Virus record (IMG/VR): IMGVR_UViG_3300034071_000958
DNA from: an uncultured virus (IMG/VR IMGVR_UViG_3300034071_000958)
Lineage: Duplodnaviria > Heunggongvirae > Uroviricota > Caudoviricetes
DNA length: 64,000 bases
Strand: one strand, 5' to 3'
Below the pieces are notes generated by a model. That model searched no databases and had not been told where the DNA came from. It was given only the letters and a program-made list of their open reading frames with translations. Each line of letters begins with the position of its first letter. Positions within the stretch are counted from its first letter, which is position 1. The position numbers and the translations under genes are program-made. Positions 1-8,987 of this stretch are shown here, piece by piece.

Positions 1-2
1 GA

Positions 3-593
3 TTCACTGGCATTCATGAGAGGAAAAAAGGAACTATACGAGTGGGTGCTTTAGATTGTTCTGTAGAGCCAGCAGATTCAAAGCAAGGATCTACTCCATA
101 TGCAATCAGGAGAGTTTGTTATTCTAACTCTGGTCCAATGATTAATGTTTGGGCACCTGCAGAAATGACCATGGCTGCAGGATATACATCCACATATGAA
201 GATTTTGCGAGACAGGATAATATAACTTTTTATGATACTTGGTTTAATGGCACCAGCTCTGCAGGACCAAATACTTGTTCAGCAATTGCTTTGTATCTTG
301 AATCAAATCGAAAAGCAACGCAAGCAGATGTACATGAGTGGTTAGATAGACATGGAAGTGTAGAAATCAATTTGTCAGATCCATATCCAGACCCAAATTC
401 TACGGGATATTGGTCACAGACTTATAATGCTACTTTTGATTCTGCATCTAGTACTAATGATTCTTATAATGTTCGTGGTAATGGTAGTTTGAGAGGTGCT
501 CCTAAGAAAGTCCTTCGAAACCCTTTTGCAACTAATCAGCAGAGTTCAATTTCTGGTGTCCAGATGTCTGGCATTTTATTCACCCAATCCTAA
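3..593 (+). CDS. Subtilisin-like (S8) serine protease, C-terminal part; 5'-truncated by window edge
   Basis: Frame is open from base 3 (FTGIHERKKGTIRVGALD). Contains SNSGPMINVWAPA and FNGTSSAGPNTCSAIAL, matching the subtilase SNxG..APG and catalytic-Ser GTS motifs. Confidence 0.75.
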   Translation, partial: FTGIHERKKGTIRVGALDCSVEPADSKQGSTPYAIRRVCYSNSGPMINVWAPAEMTMAAGYTSTYEDFARQDNITFYDTWFNGTSSAGPNTCSAIALYLESNRKATQADVHEWLDRHGSVEINLSDPYPDPNSTGYWSQTYNATFDSASSTNDSYNVRGNGSLRGAPKKVLRNPFATNQQSSISGVQMSGILFTQS

Positions 594-610
594 ATACTTA
601 AAAAAGAGAA

Positions 611-1768
611 ATGGCAGATAAGAAATTTGGAGTAAAACAGATAGATCTGATTGGTGCTTCTGGCACTCCAAACTTAACTAGTCCTAATAATTTAAATCTT
701 AATGCTGTCACTGTCGCAATCAGCACAGATGTAACCATTGGTGGTCAGGTAACCTCCAATATTATTGTTGGAACTGGAAAATCAATTGGTATAGGCACGA
801 CAGTTCCAACAGGGGACTTGGATGTTAGAGGACAGACAAATTTAAGTAATCTAAATGTTTCTGGTGTTTCTACATTTGCTGGAATCACTACAGTTACTGG
901 ATCTACTTTATTTTCTAAGCAACTGGATGTTGTTGGTGTTTCTACATTTAGAACTAATGTCGATATTTACAATGGAATTTTATCATTAAAAACACCTACT
1001 GATGAAAATGTTTTTTCACTCTCATATAGTGCTGCTAATGATGATGTAACTTTCAATTTTCAACAGACTGGTGGAACTGGAGGAAGTCGAGTTATATATC
1101 AATTACTTGATAATGCAGAATTTTATATTAGTAATGCTTCAACTGGTGGTGGTATTGCAAGATTTGTTGCGAATGGTGCCAACGAACTTTATTATGATGA
1201 TGTTAAAAAGTTTGAAACTCTCGGTGCTGGTGTAACAATCAATGGAACTACCTTTACCAACCAATTAAGTGTTTCTGGTGTTTCTACATTTGTTGGAATT
1301 GCCACTCATTCTGCGTCTTTATTTGGAACTCAAGCATCCTTTACTGGTGTAGTCACAGCAACATCATTCTCTGGATCTAATACTCTTAAATCAAGGACAA
1401 TAGTATCTGGAGTTACAACATCAATTCCAAATAATGGAATTGGCAATACTAATATTACTGGATTTAAGTCTTACTCATTAATGAAGGTTGGTCTTTCTAC
1501 TGCAGGTTGGTTGAGACTATATACTGATAGTGCATCTCGCTCTGCTGATGCCTCTCGTTCGATTGGTATTGATCCATCACCTGGAAGTGGAGTGATTGCT
1601 GAGGTTATCACCACAGGCATTTCAACAACGCAAATCATATCTCCTTTTGTAATGGGTGGTAATTTGAATAACCCTGCTGATACTACAGTTTATGCAGCAA
1701 TCACGAATCTTTCTGGAGTCACTTCAAGTATTTCTGTAAATCTAACACTTCTTCAACTGGAGGCATAA
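611..1768 (+). CDS. Virion structural / tail-fibre-like protein
   Basis: G/T/S-rich. Has IGIGTT, VSGVSTF and ELYYDxxKKFET motifs shared with the fibre at 11879. Late-promoter-like CTAAATA at 590-596. Confidence 0.65.
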   Translation: MADKKFGVKQIDLIGASGTPNLTSPNNLNLNAVTVAISTDVTIGGQVTSNIIVGTGKSIGIGTTVPTGDLDVRGQTNLSNLNVSGVSTFAGITTVTGSTLFSKQLDVVGVSTFRTNVDIYNGILSLKTPTDENVFSLSYSAANDDVTFNFQQTGGTGGSRVIYQLLDNAEFYISNASTGGGIARFVANGANELYYDDVKKFETLGAGVTINGTTFTNQLSVSGVSTFVGIATHSASLFGTQASFTGVVTATSFSGSNTLKSRTIVSGVTTSIPNNGIGNTNITGFKSYSLMKVGLSTAGWLRLYTDSASRSADASRSIGIDPSPGSGVIAEVITTGISTTQIISPFVMGGNLNNPADTTVYAAITNLSGVTSSISVNLTLLQLEA

Positions 1769-1775
1769 GTAACAA

Positions 1776-3323
1776 ATGGCTATTACGACTACAACATTTA
1801 CAAAATCAGTAGGATGGGCAAGAACTGATGTGATTGATCAGTTGGAGCAAGCATTCACTTGGTTAGAATTGCACGGAACTCAGATATCAGGACTTGTGAC
1901 CAGTATTAGTTCTTATAGTGGTGGTGGAACGGTTGGATCTTCTGGTACATATTATTATGATGTTCCTGTCGCAACTACAACTGGTATTGGGACAGGAGCA
2001 ACATTTGATATTAGTAGAACTAGTGGTTCAATATCTGCTGTTTATGTCAATCGTCCAGGAGAAAATTATGTTCAAGGAGAATATGTAACTCTATCTGCTG
2101 CTGATATTGGTGGCGGATCTGCGGTTGCGATAGGAATTACTGTAAATGTTGATGGTGGTGCATCTCCAGTTGGATATGGATCAACCAATCAATTTTTTGA
2201 TAAAAACTTCACACCTTCTAATGATAGCACTCGTCCTTGGGGAGTATTAAAACAGGACTTTGATACAAACAAAAGATTTGGAGTAACCTATAGGGGATTT
2301 AAGGTTTATAGTAACTATCAAATGACATTAGTTGCTGGATCATCATTTTTCCCATACAATGTAGATAACGTTAACAATAGAGGTGGATACTATAGAGATT
2401 CTTTTAGGGGAACAGAATTTTTAGATATCTCTAGAGAATCGCTAGGTACTCAGACATCATTGGATCGATCCAATGATGCTTATGCACAAATTTCTGCACA
2501 ATATGAAGATGTTTTTAGATTTGCAACATTAAACTCACCAACAACTCATGACCTTAATCTAAACATTTATCGTTCTGGTATTGATCCTAATTTTGCCGTT
2601 CTTTCCTATTCACAACCAACAGTCTCTGGAACACTGAACGATAGTACGTTTTCAACATTTATTGTCCATAATTTCACTTCAAGTTTATATAATTTTGATG
2701 AAGTATTTTCTGCTGGACTTACTGTTGTTATGCCTAGACCTTCTATTAATACAAATGGTGGAGATTCTGCTCATCTTGGATTTAGAACTTATCTAACTGG
2801 AATGAAGTATCTTACTGAACAGAATATAAGCTTAAGATCAGCAGAAGCAGGATGGTCTCAGATTTATAGTGAAAATAGTCGCTATGGACTGGCTGCTCAA
2901 AATTATTCAATAGCATCATCTCAAACGTCATATACAAATTCGACTGGAGGTGGAACTGCTGGTAATGACTATGAAGATCCTAGTTCTAATGAAGCAACAA
3001 TCTTTTCAAGGAATAGTAGTTTTAAAAATACAGGAACTTTAACCATTGAGAGTTCCACAAGAACTTATGGAAATAGATATCCAATTACAACATATGCATC
3101 TGTAATTAAAGGTATTCCTATTAATGGAAATCTAATTCCTTGTCCTTATTATATGCCTGATGATTTTGTATTGATTGATTTCAAACTAACTGCATCGGGA
3201 CAAGATATCAAACAGGGAGATACAATCACAATCAGTGGTTCTGAAGTTTATACTGTGATTACTGGTTCTTATAACAAGTCCAATGAGACCGCTGGAATTC
3301 TCTTCTGTGCGAGGAAGGTCTGA
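1776..3323 (+). CDS. Putative virion structural protein
   Basis: 515-aa ORF, G/S/T-rich beta motifs (TGIGTGATFDI...NRPGENY), co-oriented in a late operon. Confidence 0.55.
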   Translation: MAITTTTFTKSVGWARTDVIDQLEQAFTWLELHGTQISGLVTSISSYSGGGTVGSSGTYYYDVPVATTTGIGTGATFDISRTSGSISAVYVNRPGENYVQGEYVTLSAADIGGGSAVAIGITVNVDGGASPVGYGSTNQFFDKNFTPSNDSTRPWGVLKQDFDTNKRFGVTYRGFKVYSNYQMTLVAGSSFFPYNVDNVNNRGGYYRDSFRGTEFLDISRESLGTQTSLDRSNDAYAQISAQYEDVFRFATLNSPTTHDLNLNIYRSGIDPNFAVLSYSQPTVSGTLNDSTFSTFIVHNFTSSLYNFDEVFSAGLTVVMPRPSINTNGGDSAHLGFRTYLTGMKYLTEQNISLRSAEAGWSQIYSENSRYGLAAQNYSIASSQTSYTNSTGGGTAGNDYEDPSSNEATIFSRNSSFKNTGTLTIESSTRTYGNRYPITTYASVIKGIPINGNLIPCPYYMPDDFVLIDFKLTASGQDIKQGDTITISGSEVYTVITGSYNKSNETAGILFCARKV

Positions 3324-3535
3324 TGGCAGATTTTTCAATTCCTAATCTAGGAACTGCTGTTGTTGGATTTGCTTCAACTTCTCCAGTTGGAGTTCAGACA
3401 ACTTTTACCGTAAATAATAGTATTCCAGTTCAGGAAAATAGAGATATTAGTTTTAATGAAACAAGACCTGGATTCTTAACAGGAAGAAGACCTCAAACAG
3501 GACAAGTGTTCCCAAGAGGAGTCTATAGCAAGTAG
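3323..3535 (+). CDS. Hypothetical protein (C-terminal GRRPxxGQVFPRG)
   Basis: Start overlaps the upstream stop (TGATG coupling). Confidence 0.6.
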   Translation: MADFSIPNLGTAVVGFASTSPVGVQTTFTVNNSIPVQENRDISFNETRPGFLTGRRPQTGQVFPRGVYSK

Positions 3536-3553
3536 GACAATTCCAAAACTGGC

Positions 3554-3580
3554 ACACCCCCTTGACGGGGGTGTTTTTTT
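3554..3580 (+). terminator. Rho-independent terminator
   Basis: ACACCCCC-ttgac-GGGGGTGT followed by a T run. Confidence 0.85.
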
Positions 3581-3595
3581 GTGTTAATATAAATA
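3562..3595 (+). promoter_or_regulatory. psbA dual promoter: sigma70-type plus T4 late promoter
   Basis: TTGACG(3562)-17 nt-TAATAT(3585) with TG extension, overlapped by a perfect TATAAATA at 3588-3595. Confidence 0.75.
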
Positions 3596-3637
3596 CATCA
3601 ACACGTTAAAGAATGTAACAAATCCTTAATGTTTGCA

Positions 3638-3745
3638 ACACCCGCTAACCGAGACCTATGGGTGTATAAATTACGTCTCTCATATCCCCGCTAAGGGTGC
3701 GGGGAGCATAGTATCTCCACCATTTCCCTGATGGTCTTACTACCT
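3638..3745 (+). ncRNA. Structured psbA 5' leader, likely PhotoRC-II RNA motif
   Basis: ACACCC(3638)/GGGTGT(3660) stem, GAGAC(3651)/GTCTC(3675) pseudoknot pairing, TCCCCGC/GCGGGGA hairpin, ACCAT/ATGGT hairpin. Position directly upstream of a phage psbA fits the motif. Confidence 0.65.
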
Positions 3746-3756
3746 GTTTATTACAA

Positions 3757-4839
3757 ATGACTGCTACTCTTTCACGTCAAAAATCACAATCGAATATTTG
3801 GGAACAGTTCTGCAACTGGGTTACTTCAACCGATAACCGCCTCTATGTGGGTTGGTTTGGCGTTCTGATGATTCCCTGTCTGCTTGCTGCTACGACTTGC
3901 TTCATCATCGCATTCATCGGTGCTCCCCCTGTGGATATCGATGGTATCCGTGAACCCGTTGCTGGTTCACTCATGTACGGAAACAACATCATCTCTGGTG
4001 CTGTGATTCCTTCGTCCAATGCTATTGGACTGCACTTTTACCCCATCTGGGAAGCTGCTTCCCTAGATGAGTGGCTTTACAACGGTGGTCCTTTCCAACT
4101 GGTTGTGTTCCACTTCCTGATCGGTATCTATGCTTATATGGGTCGTGAGTGGGAACTTTCCTACCGTCTTGGTATGCGTCCATGGATCTGTGTTGCTTAT
4201 AGCGCACCTGTTGCTGCTGCGAGTGCAGTGTTCCTGGTCTATCCTTTCGGTCAAGGTTCGTTCTCTGATGCGATGCCTCTGGGTATCTCTGGTACTTTCA
4301 ACTACATGCTTGTGTTCCAGGCAGAGCACAACATCCTGATGCACCCCTTCCATATGCTTGGAGTTGCTGGTGTCTTCGGTGGTTCTCTGTTCAGTGCAAT
4401 GCACGGTTCTCTGGTTACTTCCTCGCTGGTTCGTGAAACCACTGAGAACGAGTCCCAGAACTATGGTTACAAGTTTGGTCAAGAAGAAGAGACCTATAAC
4501 ATCGTTGCTGCTCACGGTTACTTTGGACGCCTTATTTTCCAATATGCTTCGTTCAATAACTCACGTTCGCTGCACTTCTTCCTTGCTGCCTGGCCTGTTG
4601 TAGGCATCTGGTTCACCGCTCTTGGTGTTTCCACGATGGCTTTTAATCTCAACGGACTGAATTTCAATCAGAGTATCCTGGATAGTCAGGGTCGTGTGCT
4701 CAACACTTGGGCAGATGTCCTGAACCGTGCTGGACTCGGAATGGAAGTGATGCATGAGAGAAACGCCCATAACTTTCCTCTGGACCTCGCTGCTGCCGAA
4801 GCAACTCCTGTTGCCTTGACTGCTCCTGCGATTGGTTGA
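3757..4839 (+). CDS. psbA: Photosystem II D1 protein (intronless; Glu at canonical position 130)
   Basis: Unambiguous D1 sequence ([37 protein letters not shown]). Confidence 0.99.
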   Translation: MTATLSRQKSQSNIWEQFCNWVTSTDNRLYVGWFGVLMIPCLLAATTCFIIAFIGAPPVDIDGIREPVAGSLMYGNNIISGAVIPSSNAIGLHFYPIWEAASLDEWLYNGGPFQLVVFHFLIGIYAYMGREWELSYRLGMRPWICVAYSAPVAAASAVFLVYPFGQGSFSDAMPLGISGTFNYMLVFQAEHNILMHPFHMLGVAGVFGGSLFSAMHGSLVTSSLVRETTENESQNYGYKFGQEEETYNIVAAHGYFGRLIFQYASFNNSRSLHFFLAAWPVVGIWFTALGVSTMAFNLNGLNFNQSILDSQGRVLNTWADVLNRAGLGMEVMHERNAHNFPLDLAAAEATPVALTAPAIG

Positions 4840-4860
4840 TAAGTTAGAATTTTCTAACGG

Positions 4861-4883
4861 AGACCCCGAAAGGGGTCTTTTTT
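4861..4883 (+). terminator. Rho-independent terminator after psbA
   Basis: AGACCCC-gaaa-GGGGTCT plus T run. Confidence 0.9.
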
Positions 4884-4884
4884 A

Positions 4885-4921
4885 TTGCTAAATACTTAAA
4901 GTTATGGTATAATAACTTTAA
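4885..4921 (+). promoter_or_regulatory. Endonuclease promoter(s) with palindrome over the -10 box
   Basis: TTGCTA(4885)-17-TATAAT(4908), late-like CTAAATA(4888), and 10-bp inverted repeat TTAAAGTTAT(4896)/ATAACTTTAA(4912). Confidence 0.6.
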
Positions 4922-4935
4922 CAAATAAACCGACT

Positions 4936-5373
4936 ATGAAAACTTGTAAAATCTGCAATCAGTTAAAACCACTTACAGACTTTTATCAAACTGTAAGAAA
5001 TGGTAGTCCATATGGGCATCACGGAAAATGTAAAAAATGTTATGTAAAAAAGCAACAAGAAAATTATGACCCAGTAAAAAAGAGGGATGAAAATTTGAAA
5101 AGAGTTTATGGTATTGGTATTGAGGAATATAATACTCTGTTAGAAAAGCAAGGGCATAAGTGTGCTATTTGCAATTCCACTGACCCGAAAGGTAGAAAAT
5201 CTGGTAGAGGTGGTGGAGTAGATGTTTTTTATGTTGACCACAATCATAAAACTGGTGAGGTTCGTGGACTTCTCTGCAATGTCTGCAACAGAACTATTGG
5301 TTATGTAAATGAAGATGTTGAATTAATTAGAAATATGATTGAGTATGTTAAACGGCATAGGGATGAGCACTAA
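4936..5373 (+). CDS. Free-standing homing endonuclease, Endonuclease VII / F-CphI-like
   Basis: N-terminal CxxC..CxxC, then CAIC and VDHNHKTGEVRGLLCNVCN (EndoVII His-Me motif). AT-rich and located directly after psbA, like F-CphI of S-PM2. Confidence 0.85.
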   Translation: MKTCKICNQLKPLTDFYQTVRNGSPYGHHGKCKKCYVKKQQENYDPVKKRDENLKRVYGIGIEEYNTLLEKQGHKCAICNSTDPKGRKSGRGGGVDVFYVDHNHKTGEVRGLLCNVCNRTIGYVNEDVELIRNMIEYVKRHRDEH

Positions 5374-5379
5374 TACTCA

Positions 5380-5413
5380 TTGACCTCTTTGTTAAAAAAT
5401 GTTAAGATAAATA
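5380..5413 (+). promoter_or_regulatory. psbD dual promoter (sigma70-type plus late)
   Basis: TTGACC(5380)-17-TAAGAT(5403) with TG extension; ATAAATA at 5407; RBS AGGAGG before the ATG. Confidence 0.65.
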
Positions 5414-5435
5414 TGAGAAATAACAAAAGGAGGCT

Positions 5436-6497
5436 ATGACTTCTTCTACACTTTCAAAACCAATTCAACAAAGGGGATGGTTCGATGTACTCGACGACTG
5501 GCTTAAGAGAGACCGTTTCGTTTTTGTTGGCTGGTCTGGACTTCTTCTTTTTCCCACTGCTTACCTTGCTCTTGGTGGTTGGCTTACTGGGACAACTTTC
5601 GTTACGAGTTGGTATACTCACGGGTTGGCAAGTTCCTATCTTGAGGGTGCAAACTTTCTTACTGCGGCAGTTAGTACTCCAGCAGACGCTATGGGTCATT
5701 CTCTTCTTCTGCTCTGGGGTCCTGAGGCTCAAGGGGATTTCGTCAGGTGGTGCCAACTTGGGGGACTCTGGCCTTTTGTGGCACTCCACGGAGCCTTCGC
5801 TCTTATAGGGTTTATGCTTCGTCAGTTTGAGATTGCCCGTCTTGTAGGTATCCGTCCTTATAACGCAATCGCATTCTCTGGTCCCATCGCAGTATTCGTT
5901 TCTGTATTCTTGATGTATCCTCTTGGTCAATCCAGTTGGTTCTTCGCACCTTCTTTTGGAGTTGCTGCTATCTTCAGGTTCCTTCTGTTTCTTCAGGGTT
6001 TCCACAACTGGACTCTCAACCCCTTCCATATGATGGGAGTTGCTGGTATTCTGGGTGGAGCACTACTCTGTGCGATTCATGGAGCAACAGTAGAAAACAC
6101 GTTATTTGAAGATAGTGATCAAGCAAACACTTTCAAAGCATTTGAACCAACTCAAGAGGAAGAGACGTATTCTATGGTTACTGCGAACCGATTCTGGTCT
6201 CAGATCTTCGGTATTGCTTTTAGTAATAAGCGTTGGTTGCACTTCTTTATGCTTTTCGTTCCAGTTATGGGTCTCTGGACTTCTTCTATCGGCATCATCG
6301 GTCTTGCTCTTAACCTCCGTGCTTACGACTTTGTATCTCAGGAGATTAGAGCGGCAGAGGATCCAGAGTTTGAGACGTTCTATACGAAGAATATCCTCCT
6401 TAATGAGGGACTTAGAGCGTGGATGGCACCAGTAGATCAACCTCATGAGAACTTTGTGTTCCCAGAGGAAGTTCTACCAAGAGGCAACGCACTGTGA
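5436..6497 (+). CDS. psbD: Photosystem II D2 protein
   Basis: Canonical D2 ([16 protein letters not shown] ... [10 protein letters not shown]). Confidence 0.99.
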   Translation: MTSSTLSKPIQQRGWFDVLDDWLKRDRFVFVGWSGLLLFPTAYLALGGWLTGTTFVTSWYTHGLASSYLEGANFLTAAVSTPADAMGHSLLLLWGPEAQGDFVRWCQLGGLWPFVALHGAFALIGFMLRQFEIARLVGIRPYNAIAFSGPIAVFVSVFLMYPLGQSSWFFAPSFGVAAIFRFLLFLQGFHNWTLNPFHMMGVAGILGGALLCAIHGATVENTLFEDSDQANTFKAFEPTQEEETYSMVTANRFWSQIFGIAFSNKRWLHFFMLFVPVMGLWTSSIGIIGLALNLRAYDFVSQEIRAAEDPEFETFYTKNILLNEGLRAWMAPVDQPHENFVFPEEVLPRGNAL

Positions 6498-6628
6498 CCG
6501 CACAGTATCTTCTATACTTGGTCATCTTCGCATTCGCACTTATCGTTATTTTTACTGAAGACCACGATGACGATGATGACCAAGATGGAGGAATCCTGCA
6601 ACCTGCATATTCACAAGGAGGGGCTTGA
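6494..6628 (+). CDS. Small single-TM protein with acidic tail (44 aa; not in ORF track)
   Basis: GTG overlaps psbD stop (GTGA). Translation [44 protein letters not shown]. Confidence 0.7.
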   Translation: MTAQYLLYLVIFAFALIVIFTEDHDDDDDQDGGILQPAYSQGGA

Positions 6629-6641
6629 CTCCTCCTTTTTT
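6615..6641 (+). terminator. Rho-independent terminator
   Basis: AAGGAGG...CCTCCTT plus T run. Confidence 0.8.
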
Positions 6642-6730
6642 ATGTCCTTTTAAGTATTTTGTATTGATTTCCAGACAACCATTAAGTTATGTTTTAATAA
6701 ATAAAATTTCAAGGTTTTGTTCTATAAACT

Positions 6731-7396
6731 ATGATATTAGATCTGGCACATACGATTGCAGATTATACGATTTGTGGGGAAGGTAATGTATCTGAAAGAG
6801 TTGATAAAGATACTTTTTTAATTAAGGCAAGTGGTACAAGTCTTCATACACTCTCCGAAGAAGATTTGACCTTATGTAATACAAATGGAGCACAGATAGA
6901 ATTAAGTCATAAGAAACCAAGTATTGAGACACTGTTTCACGCTTGGATTATGAAAACTTTTCCAGAGATTAACTATATCGCTCATAGTCATCCACCATAT
7001 ACCACACAGATTCTTTGTTCTGATGCAGCAGATGATTTTGCGAATCATCGTTGGTTTCCAGATCAAATTGTAAGAAATGGTCCTAAGTCTTGTTTAGTTC
7101 CTTATGCTCCTCCTGGAGAAAGAATTCTTGCATTGGTTGAGGAATATGTAACCAAGTTTGTGAATGAGGAAGGATATTTTCCTAAACTAATTCTTCTCAA
7201 AAATCACGGCATCATTACAGCATCTCCTTATCAGAAAGATTGTGCATCTGCAAGTTTGATGTGTGAGAAGTCTGCTGAGATTTTTGTTGGTGCCAAACTT
7301 CTTGGTGGTGTTCATTTCTTACCACAAGAAGAAGTTGAACATATTGAAAACTGTCCTGGAGAAAACTATCGTCGTAATATGTACTTTGAAGAATGA
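6731..7396 (+). CDS. Class II aldolase/adducin family protein
   Basis: EGNVS, IKASG, KPSIE..FH, HSHP and LKNHG motifs. Confidence 0.9.
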   Translation: MILDLAHTIADYTICGEGNVSERVDKDTFLIKASGTSLHTLSEEDLTLCNTNGAQIELSHKKPSIETLFHAWIMKTFPEINYIAHSHPPYTTQILCSDAADDFANHRWFPDQIVRNGPKSCLVPYAPPGERILALVEEYVTKFVNEEGYFPKLILLKNHGIITASPYQKDCASASLMCEKSAEIFVGAKLLGGVHFLPQEEVEHIENCPGENYRRNMYFEE

Positions 7397-7518
7397 TAAC
7401 ATCAGAAACACCCTATAAACTCGCAGAGATTATTCGTGATACTTGGCCAGGTCTTTACAGAAAACCAGAACCATCTTATAATGAAGAAAAGGAAATAAAA
7501 GATGAACAAGTATCGTGA
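7393..7518 (+). CDS. Small hypothetical protein (41 aa; not in ORF track)
   Basis: ATGA overlap with aldolase stop; MITSETPYKLAEIIRDTWPGLYRKPEPSYNEEKEIKDEQVS. Confidence 0.6.
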   Translation: MITSETPYKLAEIIRDTWPGLYRKPEPSYNEEKEIKDEQVS

Positions 7519-7798
7519 TGAGTATTTTTCAGTGATTGATAAAAGAACTGGAAGAAAGATTCTGGACTGTGGCGAAGAGTCTGATGCTCTTGAAATGGTT
7601 TCCTTTGATCCACATAACAGAACTTATACTCGTAATAAGTTTCTGATGGGACCTGTTGTGGATGTTGAGATTCCAAAGGCATTACCAACTAATGAGATTG
7701 TTGTGAATATGGATGGTGGAGTTGGCGGTTCTTGGGAAGTGAAAGAACTGCCACAAATCAAACTTCCAGAAAGTCAAGCAGAACCAGTGGTTGTGTAA
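7502..7798 (+). CDS. Hypothetical protein
   Basis: 98-aa ORF in the operon with normal codon usage. Confidence 0.65.
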   Translation: MNKYRDEYFSVIDKRTGRKILDCGEESDALEMVSFDPHNRTYTRNKFLMGPVVDVEIPKALPTNEIVVNMDGGVGGSWEVKELPQIKLPESQAEPVVV

Positions 7799-7799
7799 A

Positions 7800-7922
7800 A
7801 TGCTAAAAAAGATACAACACTTTCTTGAAAGAGATCAAGACATTACTTATTACGATGAGATCCATTATATTTTTATAACACTGAAGGAACTTGTTTTTGT
7901 TATTGGATCAAAGAATAAATAA
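7800..7922 (+). CDS. Small hypothetical protein (40 aa; not in ORF track)
   Basis: Fills the gap exactly; MLKKIQHFLERDQDITYYDEIHYIFITLKELVFVIGSKNK. Confidence 0.45.
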   Translation: MLKKIQHFLERDQDITYYDEIHYIFITLKELVFVIGSKNK

Positions 7923-7943
7923 TTTTAAAGAGTCTGTATTCAG

Positions 7944-8531
7944 ATGGAAGAGATTTATAGTTTAAAACCAGCATCAATATTTGAAGTTGGTGATGAGGAA
8001 TTCTTCTTTGAAAGAGAAGAAGAAGGTCATAGTGATTATATCAATTCTGGGAGTCATTATGAACTCTTCTATGCTATTTCAAAATATTATGACCCAGATA
8101 GTATTTTAGAAATCGGAACAAGAAATGGATACAGTCTTTATTCTTTATCTTTGGGTTCGACCACTTTAAATAAAATTGTTGGATATGAACTGGATAGTGA
8201 ATCTGCTACTCGGACTGAAGAGAATTTGACAGAATCTCTTGCAGAAAATATTGATATAAGAGTCGAAACAATTAATAGTCAAGAACTAGAATCTTTAGAC
8301 GATAGTTATTATCTGATTCATATTGATGGCGATACAACTTTTGAAGGAAGATATCATGACCTTGAATTAACTAAAGGTAAGGCAAGAGTTGTATTGGTTA
8401 GTGACTTCTTTAGTGAAAGGAGTGGTAGAGATGCTGCCCAAAGATTTGTTTATGATAACCGCCACATTATTAAGAAGACCCACGTAATCGAATCTCTAAG
8501 GGGTCTTTACATTATTGAGTATGTTGGATAA
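7944..8531 (+). CDS. Class I SAM-dependent methyltransferase (Methyltransf_24-like)
   Basis: ILEIGTRNGYS motif I and IHIDGD motif. Confidence 0.8.
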   Translation: MEEIYSLKPASIFEVGDEEFFFEREEEGHSDYINSGSHYELFYAISKYYDPDSILEIGTRNGYSLYSLSLGSTTLNKIVGYELDSESATRTEENLTESLAENIDIRVETINSQELESLDDSYYLIHIDGDTTFEGRYHDLELTKGKARVVLVSDFFSERSGRDAAQRFVYDNRHIIKKTHVIESLRGLYIIEYVG

Positions 8532-8553
8532 ATAATTCAAATCGCAATCGCTT

Positions 8554-8925
8554 ATGGGACCTCTACACTCTCCAAAAGAATACTTGTTTCAGTTACACGC
8601 AACAAGTTCTGGGGAGGCGAAACGAATGTGGAGGCAACATATAAAAGAACAGTGGAATCATCAATGTGCTTATTGTGGGTCGGAGGAGAGACTCACAATT
8701 GATCACATTATCCCTCAATCAAAAGGTGGAGCAGACTTTACAAAAAACGTAGTCTGTTGCTGTCATGATTGTAACCAGTCGAAGGGACATGAGCACTGGA
8801 AATTATGGTTTGTTCAGCAAGACTTTTATAGTGAAGAAAGATTTAATAAAATAGAAGAATGGATGAAACCAGACCCTCCTCTTAATCTGTTTAAATACAG
8901 ACCAAGAAGAAATAATGCTTCGTAG
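8554..8925 (+). CDS. HNH endonuclease
   Basis: CAYCG..LTIDHIIPQSKGG..NVVCCCHDCNQSKG. Confidence 0.92.
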   Translation: MGPLHSPKEYLFQLHATSSGEAKRMWRQHIKEQWNHQCAYCGSEERLTIDHIIPQSKGGADFTKNVVCCCHDCNQSKGHEHWKLWFVQQDFYSEERFNKIEEWMKPDPPLNLFKYRPRRNNAS

Positions 8926-8987
8926 ATTTTTATAAATAAACCAGAATAGTAAATACTGTTCCTTCTGGTAGATACCGAATGTGTTAA

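Noticed and set aside
3757..4839. Group I intron in psbA, expected next to an F-CphI-like gene
   Set aside because: psbA is a continuous full-length 360-aa frame.
4022..6446. Antisense and off-frame ORFs within psbA and psbD
   Set aside because: Expected from strong codon bias in conserved genes; no recognisable protein features.
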